Origin: Octopus bimaculoides
Lineage: Eukaryota
Assembly (NCBI RefSeq): GCF_001194135.2
Contig: NC_068993.1
Span: 23,572,024-23,636,023, forward strand
Length of the DNA: 64,000 bases
Direction: 5' to 3'
The notes under the pieces are model-generated. The model did no database searches, had not been told where the DNA came from, and saw nothing but the letters and a program-made list of their open reading frames with translations. Position 1 is the stretch's first letter. Every line of letters begins with the position of its first letter. Below, piece by piece: positions 35,461-47,402 of this stretch. The position numbers and the translations under genes are program-made.

Positions 35461-36169
35461 CCCGAAAATGTATCAACCCAAAACAAGGGTAAGTGATTGA
35501 CGCTTCTTTTGTTTCTTTCTCTCCTCCTGGAATGGTAATTGAAGAATGGAAACCATGAGTTGACTGGCGATGACATGTATATAGGAATATATGTTGTTTG
35601 TGGAGCTAGTCCTCAATGTATGAACTTAAATATAGGTTACAAAATACACCTCATTTTGGCTCAATAAATTTAGGGGAATGCAGGTAAGAGAAGTCTGTAA
35701 GCACCATGGTTCAAACAAGTAGTTTGAAAATAAATGTTCCATACTAGAGATTATTGATAAATTCAACTCCTAGGTGAATAGCAAAAAAGCTTTCCAGTCA
35801 TAGTTAAAACACTATTGCTTTGTTGATATCTTAGAAAATATATTCAATGAAAACCATGACTATGTGTGGTATGATTACTCATAAGCATTAGACACGCTTT
35901 CACAAAACAAATTTTTACTCAAAATAGAAGTGAATATGAGGTAATAAAGTAGGGGATTATCTATGAATTTTTACACCTCACCTGAGGTAAGCGAAAAGTG
36001 TGAAGTGAGCTGGCATTTTCGCATAAGGCGTTTCTTAGAATAAAATTCTAAAATATCAATACACTTCTTCATTAATACTGAAAAATCGTTCGGTCTATAT
36101 TCCTTTATATTTCTATTCAAAATACATTACACATCGAACCATATAAAGTTTTTATAAATATATGATTTT

Positions 36170-36750
36170 AGGCACACATAAATATGCTCGTGTTCAAACG
36201 CACAGACACACACATATATATATATGTATGCATGTATATATATATGTGTGTGTGTGTGCGTGTGTGTGCCTGTGTGAGTATGCGCATGTATATACAGACA
36301 CATACACACACACACACACACATATATATACTTGTATGCGTGCGTGTGTGGTGTGTGTGTGTGTGTGTGTGGCGTGTGTGTGTATGTGTGTGTGCGCGCG
36401 CGCGTGTAGTAATGGGCAAGTTATTAAATAGACAAAAACTAAAAGAGCAGATTAATATATATATATCTTTCGGAATAACGCCGTATGTATGAGTGTGCGG
36501 GTGTGGATACTTGCATGTTTGTACATATACAGGAAAGTAGGTATAGATACAGGCAGGTATGTATAGGTGAGCGTGTATGTACATATGTACATGTGGAGGT
36601 TTCTGTGTGGGTGTTTGCGTGTGTATGTGTATGGGTGCATGTGGGTGTGTGGGTATGTACACATGGGTGTGCGCATATGTATGTGTGTATGTGCGTACAC
36701 GCACATGTTTGTTAATGGGTGTCTGCACGCTAGCAGACACATATGTAAAC
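36170..36750. repeat. Complex degenerate (CA)/(TG)/(TA) microsatellite region
   Basis: Directly visible; source of several spurious C/V/H/T ORFs. Confidence 0.92.
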
Positions 36751-37007
36751 ACTCACTTTAATTATCTCCCCTCACCTACCCGAATAACTCCTTGACCACA
36801 ACCTTTAGCTTCACATCAATAACACCCTCCCTTTGTATTACTATGTAAACTAGCGTTGTTATGCCTAAAGCCCGTGGAATAGTATCGGTGACCCCGTCAT
36901 AACTCTATGTAAACAAACCTTCTAACGGTCACTGACCATGTAACATCTCATCTCGTAAGTTACCCCATCATTTCGTTTTTGTCTTGCTACTAAATATTTT
37001 ATTATGG

Positions 37008-37099
37008 TCTCTCTGATGAGAGACAAGTGATAATTCCAGCTACCCTTTCCTTTTTTTGTGAAATGGCCCTCACTTGCTTCGAAACATATATGTAGGAAT
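37008..37099 (+). ncRNA. Type-I hammerhead ribozyme in 5' pLTR
   Basis: tctct CUGAUGA(37013-19) GAGACAAGUGA...UCACUUGCUUC GAAA(37081-84) CAUAUAUG UA GGAAU. Stem II pairs 10 of 11; stem III is the palindrome ACAUAUAUGU; GUA triplet. Confidence 0.72.
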
Positions 37100-37367
37100 T
37101 AAAAGAACTTTCATCGACATGCGGTTCGCTCCATTTGTTGTTATTATCCATATATTCTCAAAATGTATCACGTTAACTAGGTATATCAACCTGTAAAACG
37201 GCTGGGATATCTTGTTTTTTAGTGTAATTTTGCTACCCCTGGTAACTATTAATGTATTCAAATTATCGAAAGTTTCAATAACTGAGATAATATTAATATA
37301 CATAAAATAATATATAATACATTGCTACAGTTTTCACTAAAGCCTGCTAATTTAATGGTTACCTATC

Positions 37368-38400
37368 ATGGAACTTTTCGACATAAACGCATCACTAAAG
37401 GATATTCCAATACCACCAAGAAATACTTACATAAAACTCATCATTAGCAACACTAACTCTTTCCTAAACAGAATTAGATGGAAAACCTATTTCCATGATA
37501 CTAAGGACATGCCTAATAACAAAAAGGATTTTAATTTAAACTTCAAGAGTCTTTTCAAATCGAAGAATTCTCCCCCGTCTAACCCAAAGTTGGATAAATT
37601 TGAAGAGGACATTTGGTCTATAGTAAGGAATATTAAGTTTCATCGCTCTACTCTCAGGAACAGTCATCTTAGGTACCTCCACAATATTACCAAGAAAATC
37701 AATCGAACAAAAGGATTACTAGTCCAGTCGGACAAAACGGGAAATTTATATAAACTGTCTAAGGATAAATATATGGAACTACTGAAGAAAGAGATAGAAA
37801 AAACTACAAGACTACCAACAGCAATATTCTACGAGAAGCTAACTTGGATGCTAAAGAAATTATGTTAAAATACAATCTGCAGGATAGGACTGAACCTATG
37901 GTCCCTAAACAACCCCGGTTTGTTCTTAAGGACAATAAGTTGAATTTTTGGTCTAATCCGTCTCTACGTCTCATTTGTCCCTCTAGGTCTGACTTAGGCA
38001 TTCTTAGCAAAAACATTCTGGACAAGTATATGCCCACTATAATCAACAAGTTAAAGCTGAACCTTTGGTCTAACTCTTCTCAGATTATAGACTGGTTTAA
38101 CTCAATGAAGGATAAGGATAATGCCAAATTCTTACAGTTTGGCATTTCTAGCTTCTACTCCTCTATTAACCCTAGTGTCCTTAACAAAGCGCTTTGGTTT
38201 GTACACAATAAAGCAGGTCTTTCTAGGGAAGAAATTAACGTAATTCTAGCGGCCCGTAAATCTATCATTACATTTAACAACAAACTCTGGATACGTAAGG
38301 ACACTCCGGAGGCTTTTGATGTTCCTATGGGTAGTTCGGACTCAGCTCAAATAGCCGATATGGTCTGTTCGTATATATTATACGAAATGGCAGACCAGTT
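37368..38400 (+). pseudogene. PLE reverse transcriptase pseudogene (N-terminal part)
   Basis: ORFs 37368-37868 and 37844-38491; the last ~90 bp of the second ORF run into an unrelated inserted repeat. Confidence 0.85.
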
Positions 38401-38768
38401 CGTTATGCCTCGAACTGCTTCATATGTGAAACAACATAGCATTAAAACTGTGTTTTGTGTATCACTGTCCTATTTACTGATTTTGGATTAGATGCTTTAA
38501 AGGTTCCGTGGAACATTGTGGTATGCAACCAATTGAGACACGTGGTGTTGAATTGATATTTTTCCCTTTTTTTATTTCTTCCTTCCTTGGATTTTTTTGG
38601 GATCTTTTCTGTTTGGCTGCACTTTCTGAAATTTTGAAATCAAGACAAATTTTCAATTTTGCTGTATTGATGTGATTTTTCATGCTGAATCTCAGAACCT
38701 AATTTACTTGTTCCAGAATTTTTTGACATTTATTTTTACCTAGTCAGAAAACAGGATATGGAAGTTGT
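38400..38768. mobile_element. Unclassified repeat inserted in the PLE
   Basis: Matches 52258-52688 in the same orientation (ttatgcctcgaactgctt...gatatggaagttgtc). Confidence 0.75.
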
Positions 38769-38821
38769 CGTAAGTTACCCCATCATTTCGTTTTTGTCTT
38801 GCTACTAAATGTTTTATTATG

Positions 38822-38914
38822 TTCTCCCTGATGAGAAACAAGTGATAATTCCAGCTACCCTTTCCTTTTTTTGTGAAATGGCCCTCACTTGCTTCGAAAC
38901 ATATATGTAGGAAT
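38822..38914 (+). ncRNA. Type-I hammerhead ribozyme in 3' pLTR
   Basis: ttcUCC CUGAUGA(38828-34) GAAACAAGUGA...UCACUUGCUUC GAAA(38896-99) CAUAUAUG UA GGAau. Stem I UCC/GGA. Confidence 0.75.
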
Positions 38915-38961
38915 TAAAGGAACTTTCATCGACATGCGTTTCGCTCCATTTGTTGGTATTA

Positions 38962-38973
38962 TCTATCTATATA

Positions 38974-39007
<34 letters not shown>

Positions 39008-39012
39008 CGTAT
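38962..39012. repeat. (TA)n microsatellite
   Basis: Directly visible. Confidence 0.95.
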
Positions 39013-39959
39013 ATAACGATAACCGTCACCCTTTCAAAGACTAGCCAGGCTCATGGGCCCGGTTTCCCGGTTTCTATGGCGTATGTATTAATCGAAGCTA
39101 GTACCCGTTCTTATAAGCCAGGTACTTATTCCAGTTTCTCCATTGCCGTACCCTTAATTTATGTTTACATAAATTAACCAAAAAAAGTTATACTTTATGT
39201 TGTACTTTATCTGTTTCTTTCGTTTCTGACCTCCTGAGTGCGAGCAGATATCTCTCTTATACTCGTTGGTTTTTAACGTTCATTGCAACAACTGGCACTT
39301 TGGCAATCACTAGAGGAGAAAATATAAGGAATTTTGTATAAATTTGAATTTGTTTTACTGTACTTAATTTGTATATGGATTCTATCACCTATAGCCAAAT
39401 TTTCTGTGTAGCTAAATTATTCTTGTGTATTACAATATATGTTTTCAGAATTTTTATCAAACGAAAACAATCCATTTACCAAGTAATTTTATTGTTCATG
39501 TGATGTTCTAGCATTTTTTTATATAAATGCTTGACCTAAAAATTGCATATTATTTTAAGAAAATCTCCGAAAGACAAATATGAATATCTCTTGTAACTAA
39601 GAATTACATTATGAATATCTGTGACATATTTACGATGCAATTTTCTGCCTCGTTGATTTTGTTTTTACATTCGGATCATTAGGTAGAGAGCTTCTTCTTT
39701 ATGTTTAACTAGCGAATACTTGAAGAGATTTGTGTAAGTGGCTAAACATTCTTGTTTTCATTTTGAATTCTTTCAGCCAAGAAATATAGTTAAATAGTAT
39801 ATAGTTCAAGTAAAAGAAGACTTTTTTTTTTTTTTACTGTTTGTGACAGATGGCAATTTTCCCAGTAGTGAAATAAATCTTTCTGCTCTTGTATTTGATG
39901 GCACCTTGTCAAAGTTTACTTTGAGCGACATATTTTTTTAACATCTATCAAAATTACAA

Positions 39960-39979
39960 GTAATAAGAACAACAATAAT

Positions 39980-40033
<54 letters not shown>

Positions 40034-40062
40034 AGAAGTATAATAATAATATTAGTAATAAT

Positions 40063-40112
<50 letters not shown>
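39960..40112. repeat. (AAT)n microsatellite
   Basis: Directly visible. Confidence 0.95.
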
Positions 40113-40114
<2 letters not shown>

Positions 40115-41555
40115 GAAATTTTGCTTAGAAAAATGTGCCAAAGCAACCTTAAAAAGAGGAGAACTAGTCAACAGTAACAACATCACGCTAGAAAAAAAAT
40201 GAAATAAGAGAATTAGACCAACGCCAGACATACAAATACTTAGGAACCAATGAACTAGATACGATACAACACGCAAATGAGAGAGAAAATAAAAAAATGA
40301 ATACTATGGACGAGTTAAATTGATACTGAAAACAGATCTCAATGCGACACACAAGATAATAGGTATCAACATTCTAGCCCTCCCAGTTATAAGTTACAGC
40401 TACAATATCCTTAACTGGACACTAAATGAACTAACCAAGATAGACAGGAAACAAGAAAGATAATGACAGGATTTAGGATGCACCATCCAAAATCTGACAT
40501 TGTACGGTTATATATACAACATATATGTGTTAGAGGCCTTATTCAGCTAGAAAACTATTACAAAATAACCACCGTAGGACTACAAAATTACCTACTTCAG
40601 AAGCAAGGAGAACTAATACAAATAGCCACAAAACATGAAGAAACAAAAATCTGAAGAAACAAAAAACCTGAAGAAACAAAAAGCTGAAGAAACAACAAAA
40701 GCTATAAAACAGCTGAAATCCAAACAAAACTGGAACACAAATACTGGGTTAAACTAAACGCAGAAGAAATAGACCAAGCAATATCCCAACAATAGCTTAG
40801 AAGCTGAGGACACAATGCAGAGACTGAAAGATTTTTATTTGCAGCCCACAATCAAAGCCTCCCCACCAGAAATTACCGAAAGCACATAATGAAAAGAAAC
40901 ATAACCAGTAACTCTAGAATATATGGGGATGGACAAGAAACAATAAACTATGTTGTCTCTGGCTGCCCAGTCCTAGATAAGAAGGACTATATTCACAGAC
41001 ATAAAAGAGTTGGGACCTATATACAATGGAACGTATGCCAACGCTATGGAATAACAACAGAAAAAAAGATGGTATAAACACGCCAGAAAAGGTCACAGAA
41101 AATGAGAAAACAATCATACTATGGGATATGCCAATACACATAGATAGAGAAATTAAGGCTAATAGGCCAGATATTCTCGGAGATCATCAAGAAACCAATG
41201 CTTTCTAATTGATGTATCAATACCAGCAGATGGCAACGTTTCCCGAAAAGAAATGGAGAAACTTTCAAAATGCAAAGACCTGGAAATAGAGGTAACTCGA
41301 ATGTGGAATCTAAAAACAAATTCCTATCATAATAGGAGCATTAGGCATGATAAAAAAAATATTCAAACAAATACATAGCAACCACATCAGGGCAAACAAA
41401 TATATATAACACAGGAAATAGCACTACTAGGCACCGCACACAGTAACGATACGAGCATCACAGCAAACCACAGCACATACCCAAGGCACACAGAGCTGCG
41501 TTCAGTAGTGTAGTGAGAGCACGTGATAAAAATAAGATTACTGAATGATAATAAG
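40113..41555 (+). mobile_element. R4/Dong-like LINE (family E), 5'-truncated within RT
   Basis: Begins at the F(G)LEKCAKAT motif, then NILALPVISYSY, MHHPKSDIVRLY, ETINYVVSGCPVL...HKRVGTYIQWNVC, ILWDMPIHIDREIKANRPDI, and a 3' UTR matching 31483-31600 and 43900-44010. Confidence 0.9.
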
Positions 41556-41656
41556 AATAATGATGATGATGACGTTAGTAGTAGTAGTAGTAGTAGTAGC
41601 AGTAGTAGTAGTGATGGTGGTGGTGGTGGTGGTGGTTTGGTGGCTTGTTGTTGGTA

Positions 41657-41722
<66 letters not shown>
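41555..41722. repeat. Compound (AAT)(GAT)(TAG)n(GGT)n(TAG)n microsatellite
   Basis: Directly visible. Confidence 0.95.
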
Positions 41723-41744
41723 AATGTTCTGATGCGATACCAGG

Positions 41745-42290
41745 CAATGGCTCTCATGACTACTAATCTTAACTGATTGGAAGTGTTATCATGTACATTG
41801 CTTTGTCTTGCTATAAAAGATGCGCTACATCAAACATAATGCTCAATACCACAGATCTGCTTTTCAGTTGTTTGACCTTAACCAGTTGAGCATGTCCCTT
41901 CGTTACTGACGATATGTGCATCTCTGATCACGAGCAGTAGTAGTGGGGGAGCATCACAGCCATGTATTGATAGGAATTCTCTGTTGTTTGACTAATTCAC
42001 CTCTGGAAATATGTGTATTTCGTACATCATCCTTAGACAAACCTTATTCTGGGACCTTTTGAGCAGAATGGGCTACTCAACATGAAGACAATTCTAACTG
42101 GGCTTCACCTGCAATTCATGCACTGTTTATCTTCATATAAAATCGCTATAGCGCTCACATATGGTTGTGATGCATGTGCCTGGTGTACCCCTATCAGACG
42201 AGTAGTCATGATGGGTATATCTGGGCTTCGTATAATTGTACCTTAGTGTTACTTTGACAGCATGCGCTGCTCTCGCACTCAGTAATAATA
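41745..42290 (+). mobile_element. Family-B ~540-bp repeat ending in an (AAT) tail
   Basis: Homologous to the reverse complement of 3285-3795; ends ...ctctcgcactcagtaataatagtaataataa. Confidence 0.75.
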
Positions 42291-42299
42291 GTAATAATA

Positions 42300-42501
42300 A
42301 TGATCCTTTCTATTATAGGCACAAGGCTTGAAATTTGCGGGAGTGGGATAATCGATTACCAGTTTCACTGGTACTCAATTTATCGACCACGAAAGGATGA
42401 AAGGCAATGTCGACCTCGGTGGAATTTGAAATCAGAACGTAGCGACAGACGAAATAGCGCTAAGCATTTCGTCCAGCATGTAAGCGATTCTGTCAGCTCA
42501 C
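42300..42501 (-). mobile_element. Family-A SINE
   Basis: ...ttatcgaccacgaaaggatgaaaggcaatgtcgacctcggtggaatttgaa...gattctgtcagctcac. Confidence 0.85.

Positions 42502-42579
<78 letters not shown>
42502..42579. repeat. (AAT)n microsatellite
   Basis: Directly visible. Confidence 0.97.
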
Positions 42580-43213
42580 TCAGGCCAACATATTAAAGAA
42601 CGGCAGCTCCCCATTATGTCGTTTATGCCAACAATAAAATGAGACCATCGATCATGTTGTCTCCATGTGCAGTCTGCTTGCGCCTACAGAGTATCTCAAC
42701 AGGCATGATAGAGCTGCACAATATATTCACTGGGTAATATGCAAAAACCTGGACTTGCCCCATGATAAAAACTGGTGGGAACACGAACCACCCCCAGTAG
42801 AACACGAACCACCCCCAGTACTTAAAAATGATCACATTGCACTCCTCTGGAACTTCACCATTCAAACTGACAGAAAGATAGACGCAAATAGGCCAGACAT
42901 CATACTGAAAGACTTCAGACAAAAATCATGCCTCCTCATTGATATGACTGTCCCAATCGATATAAACATATCTGTCAAGACCTACCAAAAACTGAGCAAA
43001 TATAAAGATCTTGAAATAGAAATTAGCAAAATGTGGAATCGAAAGAGGAAAACAATACCTATTGTCATAGGTGCCTTGGGAATGACAGCGAAACGGGCTG
43101 ATTACTACCTAGCTCAGATACCAGGAAACCCCAAAATGGCTGAAGTTCAAAAGATAGTGCTCATGGGAACTGCCCATATCCTACGTAAAATACTGTCTAT
43201 GTGATCTCAAATT
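42578..43213 (+). mobile_element. R4-like LINE 3' fragment (family D) with an open RLE domain
   Basis: ORF 42665-43204: RHDRAAQYIHWVIC...LLWNFTIQTDRKIDANRPDIILKD...CLLIDMTVPID...YQKLSKYKDL (PD-D/ExK RLE) ...IVIGALG...TAHILRKILS. Confidence 0.93.
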
Positions 43214-43464
43214 NNNNNNNNNNNNNNNNNNNNNNNNNNNNNNNNNNNNNNNNNNNNNNNNNNNNNNNNNNNNNNNNNNNNNNNNNNNNNNNNNNNNNNN
43301 NNNNNNNNNNNNNNNNNNNNNNNNNNNNNNNNNNNNNNNNNNNNNNNNNNNNNNNNNNNNNNNNNNNNNNNNNNNNNNNNNNNNNNNNNNNNNNNNNNNN
43401 NNNNNNNNNNNNNNNNNNNNNNNNNNNNAATAATAATAATAATAATAATAATGATAATAATAAT

Positions 43465-44013
43465 ATGCCAACACTATGGAATAACAACAGAAAAAAGATG
43501 GTATAAACACACGCCAGAAAAGGTCACAGAAAACGAGAAAACAACCATACTCTGGGATATGCCAATACACACAGATAGAGAAATTAAGGCAAATAGACCA
43601 GATATAGTTGTCAGAGATCATAAAGGAAAAAAATGCTTTCTAATTGATGTATCAATACCAGCAGATGACAACGTTTCTCTAAAAGAAATGGAAAAACTTT
43701 CAAAATACAAAGACCTGGAAATAGAGATAACTCGAATGTGGAATCTAAAAACAGAAACATTTCCTATTATAGTAACTGCCTTCGGTATAATAAAAAAAAT
43801 ATTCAGACAAATATATAATAAAAACACCAGGACTTACAAATATATATAACATTCAGAAAATTGCACTACTGGGCACTGCACACATCCTACGCAAAACACT
43901 TTCAATACAGTAACCATAAGAGCACCACAGCAAACCACAGCACATACCCAAGGGGCACAGAGCTGCGCTCGGTAGTGAAGTGAAAGCACGTTATAAAAAT
44001 AAAGCTACTGAAC
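43465..44013 (+). mobile_element. R4/Dong-like LINE 3' fragment (family E) between (AAT)n tracts
   Basis: CQHYGITTEKRWYKHTPEKV...ILWDMPIHTDREIKANRPDIVV...FLIDVSIP...KLSKYKDLEIE. Flanked 5' by (AAT)n and 3' by (AAT)n(GAA)n. Confidence 0.93.
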
Positions 44014-44091
<78 letters not shown>

Positions 44092-44150
44092 AAGAAGAAG
44101 AAGAAGAAGAAGAAGAAGAAGAAGAAGAAGAAGAAGAAGAAGAAGAAGAA
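44014..44150. repeat. (AAT)n then (AAG)n microsatellite
   Basis: Directly visible. Confidence 0.97.
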
Positions 44151-44304
44151 CTGATATGATGTTTTATGAGACAGCTCGGCACAAAAAGTAAATGAAAGAA
44201 TACGATTATCAAGTAGACGTGATAGAATATTTTGTGGATGCATATATACCGAAAAATGCGGAGAGATAAAATTAGTGTTATTATTAATTTTAAATTTCGA
44301 TAAT

Positions 44305-44320
44305 CAGTAGTAGTAGTAGT

Positions 44321-44407
<87 letters not shown>

Positions 44408-44433
44408 TGTTGTTGTAGTAGTAGTAGTAGTAG
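44305..44433. repeat. (TAG)n(CAG)n(TAG)n microsatellite
   Basis: Directly visible. Confidence 0.96.
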
Positions 44434-44904
44434 TTTAAAATGGTGAAATTGGAAAATATCACAAGGGTCCCTTGCATGAAAAAGCTTAGAGATAAGTGAT
44501 GTCTAAAGCACTTATAACGGTGAGAAATATATAAGTGCTAATCAAGTGAAATTATTTTGAAGATAATTTTCATTCTGCAGAAAATATAACAGCAATGACA
44601 TTTGATGCCTTGAATCGTTTTAGTGTAATCTCTTACGCCAGAATTCTAAATAGCCTACTCTCTCAAATTTCTTTACCAAAATATAAAATCTCATTATCTT
44701 TCAGTGGCTGATTTACTTTGAAGAACATCAATGTCTGGAGTTGTCCTTACTCCTAGTAATGATCATTAAACACTACTCAGTGTAATATTATTAAACTCAC
44801 GCTTTGACTAAAGTTCAATAATTTTTCCCGTACCCATTGTGAGAATGTTATTTAACAAGTGTTGTTTCATAGTTAAATTGCTCCCAGCTCACCAAAATTT
44901 TATG

Positions 44905-45002
44905 TATGTGTGTATGGCTGTGCGTGTATGTGTGTGTATGAGTGTGTGTGTGAGTGAGTGTGTGAGTGTGTGTGTGTGCGTGCGTGTGTGTGTGTGTATT
45001 TG
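44905..45002. repeat. (TG)n degenerate microsatellite
   Basis: Directly visible. Confidence 0.93.
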
Positions 45003-45367
45003 TGACGCATAGCTTTTAACAATTAAATGAAACTGAAGTGAATATTTTCTTTTCACCCAGTATAATGCAACGTTACAATTTTCTGTTAATGAAGTTTCAT
45101 ATTAAAACATATCTATTTGGTGAGTGATTTTTTTTTTCTTTGTAATCATTCAAAATAACGGTTCGCTAAATGACACGGCTTGACCAATGAGAGTGAAGAC
45201 TATGGTAACGAACATTTCATACAAAATAAAGTTGTGGAATGGATGCTTTGTTTGACTTATGACTGAACAAAATTTGCAAATATTCACCATTATTTAATCT
45301 AATATTACATTCATTAGGCTGGCCCTGTGCCACAATTTGAAATCAATAATATATTCACTAGAGTTCA

Positions 45368-45575
45368 GTGAGGTGACAGAATAGTTAGCACGCCAGGTAA
45401 AATGCTTAGTGACATTTCGTCGATTTTTATGTTCCGTGTTCAAATTCCGCTGAGATCAGCTTTGTTTTTCATCCTTCTGGGTTTGATAAAACAAGTACCA
45501 GATGAGTATTAGATTCGATGTAATAGACCTCTCCCTACGCCCGAAGTTATCGGCCTTGTGACAACATTTGAAACC
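45368..45575 (+). mobile_element. Family-A SINE
   Basis: gaggtgacagaatagttagcacgccaggtaaaatgcttag...gttcaaattccgctgag. Confidence 0.78.
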
Positions 45576-46232
45576 AATATTGCGTGAAGTATCTATTATT
45601 CACTCTCACGTGTTTTACATCCTACTCAGTAGAACTATTCCACCAACTTTTCTACCATTTCATGCAAGAGACCCTTGTGATATTTTGCAGTTTCATCATC
45701 TTAGAACTATTCCACCAAATTTTTGAACGTTGTTGTTTCAAGTGAATCGTTGTCTTGTAAAATACTTGTAAAAGTTTGCAGTAAATTTCTATTTAAAATG
45801 CGATTTTCATAGTTTATGTCTTGGTAAAGTAATTTGTTGAACCATCGTACGTGAGGATGTATAGAAGAATCTTGGATAGGTGTTTATCCCTTATCATGAA
45901 CACGTAACCAACATTTCTATATTGACATTATAGAGAAAGATGCTTCAATTATTGGGAAGATATTATTTAAAATTTATCACACTACTGTATTTCTCCTCCC
46001 ACACGACACCAAATATTATGCAGGAAATGACTGATGACGTCATATGAAGATATATTTTTTAGAAGATAGCTATTAGAAATCGTAATCTCAGAAATGTAGA
46101 GATATGTGGAATGGAAAATAGTTCGAAAGACAGAAATTTTCCTCTTCAGAGATAAACAAGTCTAATTCCAGAATAAGTGCTTCAGCTAACCAGACGTGGT
46201 AGCTGGTTCGAATAATTGCTTAATAATTTCAT

Positions 46233-47402
46233 TATCCAGAGAATATTTCGTATGTGTATTTCGTGTGCAAGATTCTTGATGTGGATACGTGTGTTGAAAG
46301 AAATACAATTAAACCTTGGGAGAGGCATTATGCCGGTAATAAACAACCTAGATACCGTAACAAACTGTGGAATAGAGTACAAAGAATTAGTGACAAAACA
46401 AACAGAAAGAGCACGTGGTACAATAGCGACAAGTTCCAGGGAGTAATGTTTGTGGACGCCACGCCACACGGAGAACTGGCCCGCAGATTTCGAAAAATCC
46501 TCAAAAGTACCAAGTTGAGGATAAATGTTATAGAAAAACCAGGGAGATCCATTAGATCAATAATATGTAAAACATATCCCTTCAGAAGAACAAGGTGTGT
46601 TGAGGAGAGTGGCATTGTGTGCAAATATAGTCCTGGTGCCAACTGCAAAGCCAGAAATGTGGTCTACAAAATAAGCTGTATGGATGGTGAGTGTAAAAAC
46701 AGAAACACGACATACATAGGTGAAACGGCAAGAAGTTTGGCTGAGCGTGTAAACGAACATTGGACGGACTATAATAATCAAAAACAAACCTCGGTGCTCT
46801 ACCAGCATGCCATAGAACAACATGGTGGTGTACTGGACAGAATTAGCATAGAAATCCTGTCTAGACACCCCGGTGACGCATCGTTGCGCCAAATACAGGA
46901 GTCGGTCCTCATAATTGAAACGCAACCAATTTTGAACACCAAATACACGTAGATGAGGGCCTTACAATTGCCCATGGTTGCATGTGCTGGTCACACATAT
47001 AATGCGGAATATGAACGTAAATAAATAAATATAAATTAAAATTTTAAAAAAAAAGTCTCTATCTGATCTGATATAAACGAAATCGTTACAAACACACATA
47101 TGGACGCACATACTTACATATAAGCACGAACACATAAGTGCGTGCACACATATGAGCGTGCACACATACGAGCTTGCACACACTCACATGCTCATACCGA
47201 ACAGTTTCAAAACAACGCCAAAACAACGCCAGATCATACATTCAAAATAAATGGAAGTGGAGAGACAAGTTACTGAAGAGATTGCAAGAGTGCAATGAAA
47301 TAATTTAACAAAAAACTATATAAATTAATAAAGGTCTGAACCAGTGCGTGTGTTTATTATCGGCATAATGCCTCTCCCAAGGTTTAATTGTATCCAGAGA
47401 AT
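46233..47402 (+). mobile_element. Penelope-like element 3' part with intact GIY-YIG domain
   Basis: ORF 46254-46952: VMFVDATPHGELARRFR...NCKARNVVYKISC...TYIGETARSLAERVNEH...LRQIQESVLI...PILNTK. A 12-bp direct repeat flanks it (46233-46244 and 47391-47402). Confidence 0.88.

Larger units (their letters stand above)
36954..38962 (+). mobile_element. Penelope-like element with ~195-bp direct pLTRs and truncated RT
   Basis: Direct repeats 36954-37148 and 38769-38962. ORF pieces ASLKDIPIPPRNTYIKLII...RIRWKTYF, QSDKTGNLYKL, NPSLRLICPSRSDLGILSK, FLQFGISSFYSSI, VPMGSSDSAQIADMV are PLE N-terminal and RT motifs. Frameshift near 37845; YRDD and GIY-YIG parts are missing. Confidence 0.9.
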
